Positions 1 to 12,033 of a stretch of DNA of 64,000 bases are shown in pieces; the stretch's first letter is position 1; every line of letters begins with the position of its first letter. A model generated the notes under the pieces. That model saw only the letters and a program-made list of their open reading frames with translations, searched no databases and was not told the DNA's origin. This stretch comes from Klebsormidium nitens (lineage: Eukaryota > Plantae > Klebsormidiophyceae). A program made the position numbers and the translations under genes. The DNA is taken from contig DF237174.1 of the NCBI GenBank assembly GCA_000708835.1, positions 62,001-126,000 on the forward strand, written 5' to 3'.

Positions 1-966
1 CGCGTCATCTTTCGGAGATTGCCGACAATCGTTCTTTTCGCTTTCTGATCCCTGCAATCAGCCTTCAACCGTGTCTCAAAACTCCTCGTCCCTGCGAATT
101 GACTGGACGCATTATCCGTTGGATTGGTGCAGGGTCCCACGTTGCTCCTTAACTGAGCTTCGCTGACTTGAAGCTGCCTCTTGACTCACCTCTTGCTTTC
201 GCTTCTTTCACTCGCCGTATGCAGACGCCGTTTAATCTTTCCGGCAGCACCTGAGCGGAAGCGAAGGGCGGAAGTCAGAGCTAGACACCAAAGCCTCCCG
301 GTCGTGAAAAGGCTCTCGTTCAGAACTGGGATCTTGGCAAAAGCCGCGTGGACGATCGGCACCGCGCCGAACAGCTATCGGGTTTGATGACACTCTTCGT
401 GGGAGTGCGTTGTATTTTTTTGAATTGATTCTCAATCGTGATTGTGGAGAGTTCAACTTCTCAAGAAGGGTCTCGGCTTCTGTACAGGTCCCATGAGTTT
501 GGGGTCTCAGGAAAGACGGACGAGAGCGGATTTACGCGGGAACTCGTTCACGGAGAAAGCTGCCCAAATCTTGACTAGTAGTAGTGTCGTTCGATTGTGG
601 AAGGAAGGGTGATAATGGGCGAGCCAATAACGAAACAAGGAATGATCGTCAGAAAAAATGACGAAACCGATTCTGAAGGTAGGTTTTGAAATGAACCTCG
701 GGAAGAGTGATGATGTGGGCTCTACTAACAGAGACAGCGCAAGACTCGCCTTCCCGTCCCCACCTCAGTGCCGACTTCCATCCCCCGAACATTCTGCCTT
801 TGCAGAATGACAAAGAAGAGCCCCAAGAGAGCCTGGTGCACTTCATTGCAGAAGTCTCTGTTAATGCTACAGTCGGTTTTCTTTGTAAAGTTCCATGTCA
901 CATGTCGTTTCCTTCAAAAGATGGGTTTCGGCGCAGAGATACAGCCGCATAGGAGAGAGAGCTCAC

Positions 967-3900
967 ATCAAAGAGGACCGCAGACCCCTTCGCCGCCTTC
1001 TTCACGACGATGGCGTTTTCCTTCCCCGTCCGGTAATCGTGTACCACCCTGATGCGCAAAGGAAGAAGGCAATCAGGCGAGCCTTCTTTATTGTTCGTAT
1101 CAAGGAACTGGACACAATTTCTTGCTCTTCTTTGTTCACTTTCCATTTTCAATCTGGACATCGTGCAACACCTACATTGGGGGGAGGTCGACATAGATCC
1201 CCGCTTGGTAAAAGACTAACGAAAGCTTTCCGTTTGCCCTTTTGAAAACTTGGTCATTCCTGCAACTTAAACAGAAAGAGTGGAGAAAACCAGCAAGCGT
1301 CACAAAAAAGATGGCAGCTCACGTGTACTCAACGTCGTCTCCTATGTGCAGGCCGCTCGTGCTTTCGTCCTTTTGAACCTGCAAACACCACAACGATTTT
1401 GAGACTCCTCAAACAGTAAGAATGTTGTTTGAAGTCTCAAGCTGGCTCGATTAGTTTTCTGGACAGGCGCGCGCCGAAAGCTGAGTTTACACTCTGTTGG
1501 AGCCTCTAGTTCGGAGCTCCAAGGAGAACCTCCAATGAGTAGGCAGCCGCTAGGACAGAACGCAACACGTCTGGCTTATCCCCAGAAGGAAAAGGAAAAT
1601 GATGACATGAGCTTTCCACAGAAAGCCTACGTTCCAGGAAAAACTCTTCTACCGTATTTCAACGAAGTCCTTATTTCTCCAACCGCGAGTCGAGTGGCTC
1701 AACGGTATGTTCTATTCCAACCACAAATTCATACTGTCATACTGTCATACTGTCATACTGTCATACTGTCAGGACGACAGGTTTGCAACGCTGTAACGAT
1801 CCTCGACGGGTGACGCTCGAGCCTCGGGAATCCAAACTAGAAAAGGGTGCTGAGAACGCGTGCTGACATATCCAGGGAAGCTGTACATTGGTTCGTCGTA
1901 GACTCACGTTTCAGCTTTTTGGAAGAAGCAAGCCGTTCGGAGGGCCACATGTTGCGCAAATGCCATCGACAAAGCTTCTCAAACTAGAAACGGAATCCAG
2001 TTTCGATGGTACGTTATTTTCAGAGAAAGTCTTGAACCAGAAAAGCGACTTACTTCCGACATGTGGAAGAAGGTATCTTCGCTCCTGTCGGACGACCGGA
2101 TGAAGCCAAACTTGTGGTCCTTGATAAGCGACACAACGCCCAGCTCTCTCCGCTCTGCCATGGGCTACGGAAAATCGCAGAAAACGGCGGTTAACCACGG
2201 GTTATGGAAGGATGTTGGGAAGTTGCGGGGCAGTTCTGAACCATTCCGCGAGGAGCATACCGAAGGACACGGATAGTAGGAGCGTACTCAAATGAGCGTA
2301 CATCAGAGAATGTCCGGAAGCTATGACAGGTGTGGAACCGTTCAGGCCGGTCTTGAGTCTCACCTTGACTATTTCAAGGTCCACCGCCCTTTCCGCTCTC
2401 GTCAGAGGGTTCAGCGCAACCCCAAAGCTAACCTGCAAACCCAAAACCAGACGTCACAGCAAGACTTAGAAGCAACCCGATACTGTCGCGACCTTCCTGC
2501 AAGAGACTGAGCAGTCCCGTTCTTGAGCTCAATTGGAGCCGTCTGCTTAATGACCCAAAAGAGACGGACCTCTTCTCTCCATCGGTGCTCAGATTTCGAC
2601 AAGATGTTGCAAAGCTCTACATTGAGTGTTTTCCACAGGAATCAACCCGGCCGTTCAATGTCAAGAAGAGAAAGTCGGCAAGACTTCTGCACGTTGCCGC
2701 ACTGGCACTCGCAAGTGACAGAGGGCGATCCCAAGCAACCTCGCTCCGAACCTTCTTCCGGAAGTTACGGTTCTGGAGCTGCTTTGATCTCTCTCTGGCG
2801 TCACCACTCATGCTTTAGCGCATGCTTCATTTAACGAAGTCTCGTACCTCATCTCCTAGGTCTGGCTTGACCGACGGCTCTCCCTCTGTTGCCCCGTACG
2901 TTGCCAAATGAGACGCCCCCTGGTCGTCACGATAGTGCACCAGCCCCGCTTCAACCTGGAAAAGGCATCTTAAGGCCCTCACACTCATACTCGTTTCCAT
3001 TACTTCGGACATTTTTGAAGCAACTTTCAGTAGTTTGAGGGTCGACGGTTGCTCCCAGTTCCTTTCAGATCTTCAAAGAGCAAGTGTTGGAGAACGGCAA
3101 AGATAGCACACATGGGTTTGGTCTGCGATTGCATGTTTGAGACAAATGGACGGGATGGACGCTCTCATGCCTGAGTATGACATGCTCCTTTGCCGCTGCT
3201 CTTCGTACGGAGTCCCGTTCCGTTCTGTTTGCCATTTGATAAATCTTTGTGCCAAACTTGCATGAAGGAAGCGGAAGCTCTGACACGAGCAGAGTCCCTG
3301 AACCATCACTACTGGCTTTCTTGCGGGGTAACAGAACGTTGCAAGAACAGACTTTTCTCGGATCTGACAAGACAAACGAAATCCAAGATGTTTGCGATTC
3401 GCTCGCAAACCTGATAAAGCAGGAGGGGTGGGCATGATTGCAGAAAGGAAACTAACAACCTCAGAACCGGTCCCTGACCACACAAAGCAAGGACCCAAAA
3501 CTTTGAAATGAAAATCATCTCCACTCCCACCTGCTTGTCCCTGCGCTGCGAGGGCTGTCGGCAGACCACCCCCGTACGGCGCTCCTGCGAAACCTCTTCC
3601 TTGCTCTCCGTTTTTGGCAACAGCCGAACACTGGTCGCCATCGGCTTGCCGGTGTTTGGGTCGGTTGTAAGCCTGAAAGACAGAGCAAAAGCCTTCTGAG
3701 AAGACAATAGCTTCCTTTGGCGGTTGCAAATGTTTTCTGGTCGATAGTGCATCTCCTTCGGATGTAGCTTTCTGTAAACAGAACTCATGACACATTCGTA
3801 GATTGGTCGTGCACCATCTAAACTCTGCCACCAAGATTGTGCAGCCATCCAAGTAAGCAGAGTAGAATACCCCAATACTAGGTTTGAAGCAAAGTCAACC

Positions 3901-5135
3901 AGAGGAGCAGAATTGGTTGCGGCAAACGCCTTAATCCGCGCCAATCCAACAGAAAAGAGGAGACCCCCGAAATGCGAGCAAGGGTTGACTACTCACACAA
4001 AGTCAACCAGATCGTCCTCCTGCAACCGCTTCGCCCCATCCGTATGCCCCACCTCAATGTGGCTAAAGTGAAAGAACACCTTCCCCTCCGGTTCCGTCTT
4101 CACAAACCCAAACGTGTCCTTCAAAACCACAACCACCCCCCCCTTGCGCGGCCGCCCGTCCGCTTTCGGCGCCCCCCGCCGCTCCCCCCGCGACACGAGC
4201 TTGATCTGCACGGCCTTCTTCTCCCCCCCTGTCCGTTTTGAAACGCACGTCCTAAACTCAACCTGGTCGCCTGCCTGCAGCCTCGTCGACGGCTCTGCCA
4301 AATCGCCCGCACCGAAAGGAAAGTACTCCCCCTCGCTCTCGTTTCCTTCCCCAGCGACAAAGATGCGCCCCCCATATGCTTCTTCCCTGCGCCGCTGCCC
4401 CCCCCGCAGCTCACGGTCCACAACGCCCTTCAAAACCTCCTCGCTAACATCATCCTCGAGAGTCCCCGCGGGGAGCACCTTCACACGCCGTGCCATCGGC
4501 TTGCCCGACTTCTCGTCCACCGGCACGTAGTCAAACTCGACTTCCTGGCCCGGTTCGACTAGCATCGTCAGGTCCGGTTTCCGACCCCCACCCGTCGCTT
4601 CCGAGCCCTCGTTTTCGTCTTGGTCCAGGCCCGTGACGTGGAAGAAAATCTCGGCATTCCCCCGCTGGTAGCACTGGATGAACCCAAACGACTCTTTCAC
4701 CGAGGCGATCCTGCCAAACTCCCTTTTGGGGGGGAAGGCGCCACTGGCCGAGTCCGCATTTGCAGACTCACTCCTTCCCCCTCCCCTGGGACCCCTGCCT
4801 CTTGGGCCCCTCCCTAAGACCCCCCCATCACTATGCTGCAAATGTGCACCCTCGTCCACCCCCCCTTCAGCATTCCCGTCCCTCGGCCTTCTACCGGAAC
4901 CCCGCCCCCCCCTCCCGCTGTCCCTATAAGCGCCCCCGCTGTTGTAATTGCTCGGCCGACTCCGACCCTCGGTTTCGTACTCAGAGACCCTGTAATCGAC
5001 GCCAGCGGTGCGGTAGTCCTGCTGCGGTGGTTGGATGATGGGTTTCGCCTGCCCTTCTGGATCATCGGAATAAAGCTTTCCACTGTCGGTGCTTTGTTGA
5101 AAACCCCGGCCTCTCCGTTGGCGCGACGGCCCATC
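967..5135 (-). CDS. CSDE1: UNR/CSDE1-like multi-cold-shock-domain RNA-binding protein (multi-exon; 5' and 3' ends not resolved)
   Basis: Exons 5135-3997, 3672-3531, 2955-2848, 2432-2364, 2164-2054, 1378-1323, 1048-967 join in frame at GT/AG sites. They encode three canonical CSDs (SVKESFGFI..EIFFH..GQEVEF; LKDTFGFV..KVFFHFSHI..DDLVDFV; IKDHKFGFI..DTFFHMSEV..IGDDVEYT) alternating with two CSD-like folds lacking RNP motifs (..QAGDQVEF; ..LGDEVSF), plus an RG-rich N-terminal part. The exon starting at 5135 is open upstream, so the start lies in an unassigned exon. Confidence 0.8.
1729..1771. repeat. (TCATACTG)x5 microsatellite in intron
   Basis: tcatactg repeated five times in tandem, read directly. 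Confidence 0.9.
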
Positions 5136-6277
5136 CTGTCAGAAGAAAAGAAGAGAGACAAGACTGTGAGCTTTTTGTCAATTTTGTGAAGCTAGACGAT
5201 TACTGGCGTGTCCGAAAGGAACTCATTTGGCACCAGGAATTGATATGAAGTCATTGTGGCTATCATGTAGGATGCGAAACAAGAATGGTGGATGCATAGA
5301 TACGATTTATCCTCCAATGCTACCAAGCCCTACCCCCGGGATCTGATTGTTGCATTAGTGATACAAGAGCGAACCCAGAGAAAACCCTTGGAATGTGCGC
5401 TACTACTTAGCTGACGGACAACCAAAGAATTGGATTCCGGAATTGGAGATCGTGGATTGCTGGCAGATTAATTGCCATGGATTGCACTGAATTTGTAAGT
5501 CGATGTGCCTGCTCTATTCCAATTATGCAGATTATAGTCTGCTTGTGTACTCTAGCCAGAAGTAGAATGCAGTTTGAAAAATCCATGTCCAAAGAGCATG
5601 ATGAGATCAGATAAAAATTGCAATCAGATGGACCTGCGACGAGGTGACAAACGGAACAGCGGCAGTCAGTATCTCATTGCATGGTAACGGTAGACGCAGG
5701 CTCATGTTCCGCTAGAAAGGGCTTCGCTCTTCTCATTCACATGACTTGTTGTCGTCCTCCATGAATCAAAGTTTTGCTTCATCGGATCAAGCATAGATCA
5801 ACTCTCCCAAAATGATTGCACAACCTTTGATGGCTGCAAATCAACCCTGTGCTCACCTTGCTCGCAGGCCCTTTGTTCGCCATGATGATAGCCGCTTCCT
5901 TTCCTATGACAAGAAGTCAACCTGGTTGAAGCTTGCCCAAGCTTGCCCTTCCGCCCTCTATTGAGACGTTGCTAATGCTGATTTGCCTTTGATGAGCAGG
6001 TGGACTGAGTCAGCATTGAGCAACCACTCCAACACAAATTGGGAAAAACAAACCTCAAGAAGTTCCCAGCGTTTCGTACTTCCGAAAAGAGGCGCTCCCT
6101 TACGAGCCGTTGTCTCTCTTCGTAACGCCGGTAGCCCAAATTCCCGGAAGAAGTTCCGGCTTCGAGCACTCTGCGCATGCTTCTCATAATCTCATTGCCT
6201 TGCTGCTGAATCCAGGCTGAATCCAAGCATATCAGCCAGCTAAAATCAGCAGGCTCAGAGCAGGAAGGAGCGTGGTA

Positions 6278-9200
6278 ATGGCGTTCGCACAGGCGGCCTT
6301 TCAGAGCGATGCCCTCTTTCGTCTCCCTGCCTCTGGCAAAGAGCCGTCATGGAGCTCCTTGGATTTAAAGCCAAGGTTTCTCCTAGCAGGAAACAGCCGG
6401 GCTCCCTGCGATGGTGGGAGTGGTCGCAGGTGTTTGAGCGGCCCCATTGCTTTCTCAAATGGAATCCTTCCATTCAGCCACAATGCACATTCTAGCAAAG
6501 GTTTGAATTCTGCTTCGTCTTCCTTCTTGTCGAATTGGTGTCCTTTGACCGGTGAAAGTAAACCAGGGAGCAGACGGCACGGCAACTCGAGAGTCCATGC
6601 TCGGTTGGCCAACCAGTCTCTAGAAAAGAAGCAGAAGCTTGCATTCGAGCCAAAGAAAGCGAGCAGTACCTTCGACGAAATAGACTCGGTGGCCAAGGAA
6701 CCTCACAAGTACTTTGATCAAGCGGTCATCACAGTAAAAGCTGGTGATGGGGGCCACGGCACCCTCATAAAAAAGACTAAGAAGAAGCCCGCAGCAAAAG
6801 GCCAAAAGGCCAGGCGCCCCAAGGCCAGGCGAGGCCCTGATGGAGAGATTCAGTTGCCGATGGGGGGTGGTGGTGGCGACATTGTGCTGTATGCTGACCC
6901 GAACCTAGAGACGTTGTTGGAGTTCCACAGGAAGAAGAAGTTTCAGGGGGGGAGGGGGGGCAATGTGGATGCGATGCTGGGGCTTGGTGCGGACCTGCTG
7001 AGTGGGACGGACGCGCCAGAGCTGAGGGTCCCAGTGCCTGTTGGTAAGTGGCACTTACTGAAGGAAACTGCGAAAGAGTGTGGCTAGTGGTGTCTGTCAC
7101 TTGCTTCCAACTGTCGGTTAAGAGTAGCTTTTCTCAGCAAAACCCTAATTGAGACACTTGGGGTCAAAGGTTTGAGATTGATGGGGGTGGTGCGACAACG
7201 TGTTCTTTGGCATGAACATCACTTGAGCCTTTTCAGGCTCACTTTTCCAGTGGCACGCACCGGCTGGCAAACTCCGCATTGGTCGTGCGAAGCATTTTGC
7301 TTCCAGCATCAATCACCGGTCTGTCATCTAGTGCATCCCCGTACCACCTTATACCCCCCTTTTGTCCCTAGGCACTGTCGTCAAGCGCAAACGAGGAGGC
7401 GCGTTCCTCGCTGACCTCAGCAAGCCTGGCGCGGAGCTTCGGGTGGCGAGGGGAGGTCAGGGAGGGGTCAGCATTTTAGAGGCAGCACAGCAAGGTCCTG
7501 GGGAAGGAGACGTGGTGGCTAGCACCGACAAAAAGGCGCTCCTGACAGGAGTGCCGGGGGAGGAAGTGAAGCTGGAGTTGACACTCAGGGTCGTCGCAGA
7601 CTTGGGGCTTGTGGTGAGCTTCGCTGCGGTGTGAATTGCTGGTGGTAAGCTGAAAAGGGCACGGAGTAAGCTGAAAAGGGCACGGAGTACGTGTCGTAAT
7701 AGGAGCACCACTTGCCGATCTATGCCTGAAGCACTCGCGAGTCAAGCTGAGCTTTCATCTGTCAAATGTGTGCTGATGTTTCGTTTGAAGTGTATCTAAG
7801 TGGACCCTTTGCAACATCCTTGTTGGTTGTCTGAATGAAATTGCAAACTTTACAAGCACTCTTGAACAAGAGCCCTTCATGATTGGTATGATTCCATGAT
7901 ATGATGGCCGCATCGCATGGCCGCAGAAGTCTCCAGATTCTTGAAGGCCTTTGCAAAGTTGTAGCTCGAAGTGGCCTCACCCCTCAACTCGTCATCACTT
8001 CCCTCTACAGGGCCTCCCCAATGCCGGCAAGTCGTCTCTCCTGAAAGCAGTCAGCCAGGCCAAACCTGACATCGCAGACTATCCTTTCACGACGCTGATG
8101 CCTAATCTTGGGAGAATGGCGGGGGATCCCCTTGCACCAGATGGGGGCGCGGACTTTGGTGCGACGATGGCGGACCTTCCGGGACTGATCGAAGGCGCGC
8201 ACATGGGGAGGGTGAGCCCTATTTCTGGCGCCGTAGCATGTTGACGGCGATGGTTGTGGAAAAACGGTGTCGTCGTCTGGTCAGTAAAACAGTCTGGCAG
8301 GGGGAGGCCCTATATCTGGCGGGCAGACTGGCACTCAAAATAATGTATAGATGTTGGTGTGTTTCTGTTTAAATGAGGCTAGGGAGGGCCTATCCCAGTC
8401 CCACCAAGTGTCGGGTGTTGAGGCGAACCATGTACTATGTGCACCAGATCTAGTCGTGGCTCTCCTTCCAAAATGCTCTTGCATGATAGAAAGCGGCGCC
8501 CCTTGCATTCTCAAGACATTCTCAAGAAAGTGTGCACCATTGGCCCCCTCGCTCGAGGGGCAAAGAATAGTCAAAGGGAAAAGAAAAGGGGAAAGCAGAA
8601 AGAAAGAGGAGAACCTACGTGCCCTGCTACAAGCAAGCTATTGATGCACGAGACCTCAGAAAACCACGTCTTCTTCAAGGCACCCCGGTGACGTCCTCAG
8701 CTTAGTACGTTTCTAGCCCCAACACGTCAGAATCGGTATTTGCACAAGCCCTTGAAACTTTAGTTCCTCCACCCTAAGAACTCTGCTAGAAATTTGCCGG
8801 GTCTCCGCTGCAGGGTCTCGGCCGGATGTTCCTTCGGCACTTGAGGCGAACGCGGCTGCTGGTCCACGTGGTCGATGCGTCCAATCCCGACCCGCTGCAA
8901 GACTTCCTCATTCTGCGCGAGGTGCGAACTTTTTCCAATCTGTCTGAGATGGCAGCTACGTTTGCAGGAGGTCGGCCCTTTGATTGCAGGCTAAGTGGTT
9001 TTGCACCAGGGACTCGTGTCAGGATAGTTTTGTCTTATATTTGATTCTGAGGCTGCCAGGGGTGTAACTTGCTCTCAAGAATCTGTGCACTGGTGAACGT
9101 TTCTTACGGCGGATGGTTGTCCATTGGGGTTCCACTCATGCAGGATGTGAAATCGAACGCAGGCTTGACCATCAAGCGTATGGAGACGTTCTTTCGCTTC

Positions 9201-10506
9201 TGAAATCGGTTCAATGTCTCTCTTAGCAGAGGGTGCAATTGTCAAGCGGAGGGCAATGACACTCTTCATTGGTTTAAGGCTTGTACGTGTATCGGATGTT
9301 TTCTCGTCAGGTTGGCATTATCTCCCATACGGTTGGGGATGAGCTTCGTCACTTCTACAGACAGGAGCGTCGCCGTTTCTTGTTGATCAGATATTCGTTT
9401 CCGGATGTCTTTAAGCCCAATGACGTCACACTTGAAGCAGCAAGCTTTCGGAATGCACATGGTAAACTCCGTTCCTCCCTCCGCAGGAGCTCCGGATGTA
9501 CAATCCCGACTACCTCAAGCGTCCGTACATCATCGTTCTGAACAAGATTGACCGTCCGGAGGCCGCCCCGCAATGGGAGGCTGTCCGAGACCGACTGCTC
9601 GCGGGGGAGTACTTGCCGTCGGAAAAGGCGCCGGAATTTGCCGAAACTTCGACGGAGAGCCGCGGGCCAGGAAGCGCCGGCGTTGTCGGAAGCTCTGCTG
9701 ACGTTAGCAGCGGGGAGTTGAGCGCGGATGGCGACAGCGGGGTGTCGGAACGGGCGGAACGAGCGGAACGGGTGGAAAGAGCGGACGATGACGTGACGGC
9801 GAGTGCGCGGACGAGTGAGGAAATTACGACGGCTGAGGCTGCCACTTCGGGGGGTGCGAATGACGGGGATTCTCCGGGGGGTTCGATTGAAGCGGAAACA
9901 CTGTCGGATTGGGACTCCGCGGTACAGAAGGCGAAAGAAGAGGCGGGGTGGGGAAAGTCGAAGAAGGGAGGAAGCGGGGGGCGGAAGCAGGGGACAGCGG
10001 AAGAGGAAGAGGAGCGGAACGGGGCGCCGAAGGCCGTGCTGGGTATCAGCGCAAAGTACGCACTTCAACTTTTTATCTTTTGCGCTTCTACTTTCTACGG
10101 TATCTCGGTGGCAGGACTTTTCACGAGTTTGCAGACGAGTTTGCAAGATTCTGCTTAAAGGCTTGTTGCCGGATTGATCTTATTCTGACAATGCGTTCTG
10201 TCTGACGACTTGTTATGTGAGCTCAGTGTCATAGGACTTCTTTCTGCTGATTGTGGCGCAAGCCTTTGTTATTACCAAGACTTTGGGCAGAAGCTTGCCA
10301 AATGGGATAACAAGATAGTGACCGCTGACCTACCAAAAATTTTAAATACTTGATTCTGTTTCTGGTGCAGGGAGGGAACGGGCATCAGTGCGTTTCTGAA
10401 AGCAGTGCGCGAAGCCTTGAAAGAAGACGAGAACAGTCCAGTGCTGCAGAGCGAACGAAGGAGAGAGCGAAGTCGCTATGTCAAGAGCCCCTCGTGGACC
10501 CTGTGA
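6278..10506 (+). CDS. OBGC2: Obg/CgtA-family GTPase, plant OBGC2-type (probably plastid-targeted, no C-terminal OCT domain)
   Basis: Exons 6278-7043, 7372-7613, 8011-8211, 8814-8921, 9487-10055, 10371-10506. Obg fold ([33 protein letters not shown]), G1 [10 protein letters not shown]2 [12 protein letters not shown]3 [20 protein letters not shown]4 NKID, G5 ISAK; Ser-rich N-terminal extension resembling a transit peptide. Confidence 0.92.
7645..7689. repeat. 21-bp perfect tandem duplication in Obg intron 2
   Basis: gtaagctgaaaagggcacgga occurs at 7645 and 7666. Confidence 0.9.
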
Positions 10507-12033
10507 TAATGGTTGGGTTGACCGTCAACAGGATCTTGTGATCAGAGGCTTCCATTGTCTCTTGCTAGCCAGGCCTACGTTGGCACTGGTCATTCCATTG
10601 TTCGTGATGGATACGCGTTCTTGGGGGACAGAAACGGCAAAAGGTCAACAGGAGTTACAACTCGGTGTTTGAGCACGTGAAGCCGGGTGATCAGTGCGAC
10701 CGTGAGTGTCCATATTTGTGTCTTCACATGTACGTTTGTGACTATGCCCACGTGCAGTCACGAAGATTGCATGCCATTGCCACGCTTCTTCCAGCGGCGT
10801 TGGCATGGCATGTAGGGTGCAATGTACGATGGCCATATTGCCTGACTGTCTGAAGACTTTCACGTACAGTCACCAGTGTTACAGTCTTATTTGAACTGCG
10901 TCCCCGGGCCCGAGCCCCCCCGCTCCCTCCTCTGGCGGTCTTTACGTCGTTGCACGAAAGTGGACGACATTTTCGTCCCTGTAAACCCGAGCGATCGCTT
11001 CATGCCCTTATAATGCCCAGAGGCAAATTGATCCGGAGCTGGTTGACTCACCCCGACTTCCTTCGTTTGTAAGTCACAGGAATCTGTCCCGGCCACATGA
11101 AGCCCGGCCCCCGAAGACGGGTATGGATTGATGAGTGGGCATCTTTCTGAACGTCGCGCAGGATTGCTCTATGTTTTGGCAGTTAGCACCGTCGTTCAGA
11201 TCAATAAAATGTGCAGTCCGACCAACCAAGTCCTGCCAAGGTCTCATGATGCATCTGTGCATCACATCAGGCTGCTTGCAACGTGTCTCAGCATATTCAA
11301 AATCGAGTTGCACGGCAGATCCTCTGCCAGCAATATCGTAGTATGCTAACAGCATGCTCAAATTTTATATTCGGGACGGACCTACTGAGCTATGATAGAA
11401 ACGATTCGGGAATGATCCTTCCAGCGATCTTCTTCATAATCATGCAAGCTCTGGCGAGCCTAAGTAAAACAGCCACGTAATTGCTTCCAGTGAGCCAGTC
11501 AGCTGCTTTCGTGATCCTAAATACAATCCTAGCTTGCATGAACTCACGGCCAAATCGCTGCCGCCTTGAATAAAGCGCCTGATGATGCATGCAAGATATC
11601 GAAGAACGAGAAGCGTACTGTAGGCCAGGTTTAATACGATCTTGAAAGATCCTAAGCATTGACAGAACCGGCCGACCAGTTGTATCCAACGGTCTCGATC
11701 TGAGTCTTCGTCGCCTACTAAACCGCCAGGGTTTTGAATCTGTTGCTGGTCAAGCCGCGGCCGCACGCGCTCCAGGTCCAGCCTGGCGGCCACGCACGCG
11801 TCAATGAAGCTGCGCTGTGTTACAGTATATGATTTAACCGATGCAGTTCTCGGCCTCGCTGTTGGGTAGGAATTCCTAGAGCAGAGGACTCAGAGTGCTA
11901 GCACCAACTTCATGGTCTGCCCACATGGGAACGTGGGTACGACTCATCCCAACAGCAAACCCTTGCAACCTTTTTTACTTTTGACTGGCAAATACAGGCA
12001 CCGACAATCTTGTATCAGTGTATGGGAGCCACG

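Noticed and set aside
1-960. Further 3' exons of the CSDE1-like gene (e.g. QNVRGMEVGTE at ~763-800)
   Set aside because: Candidate exons could not be joined with consistent phase and splice sites; left unassigned.
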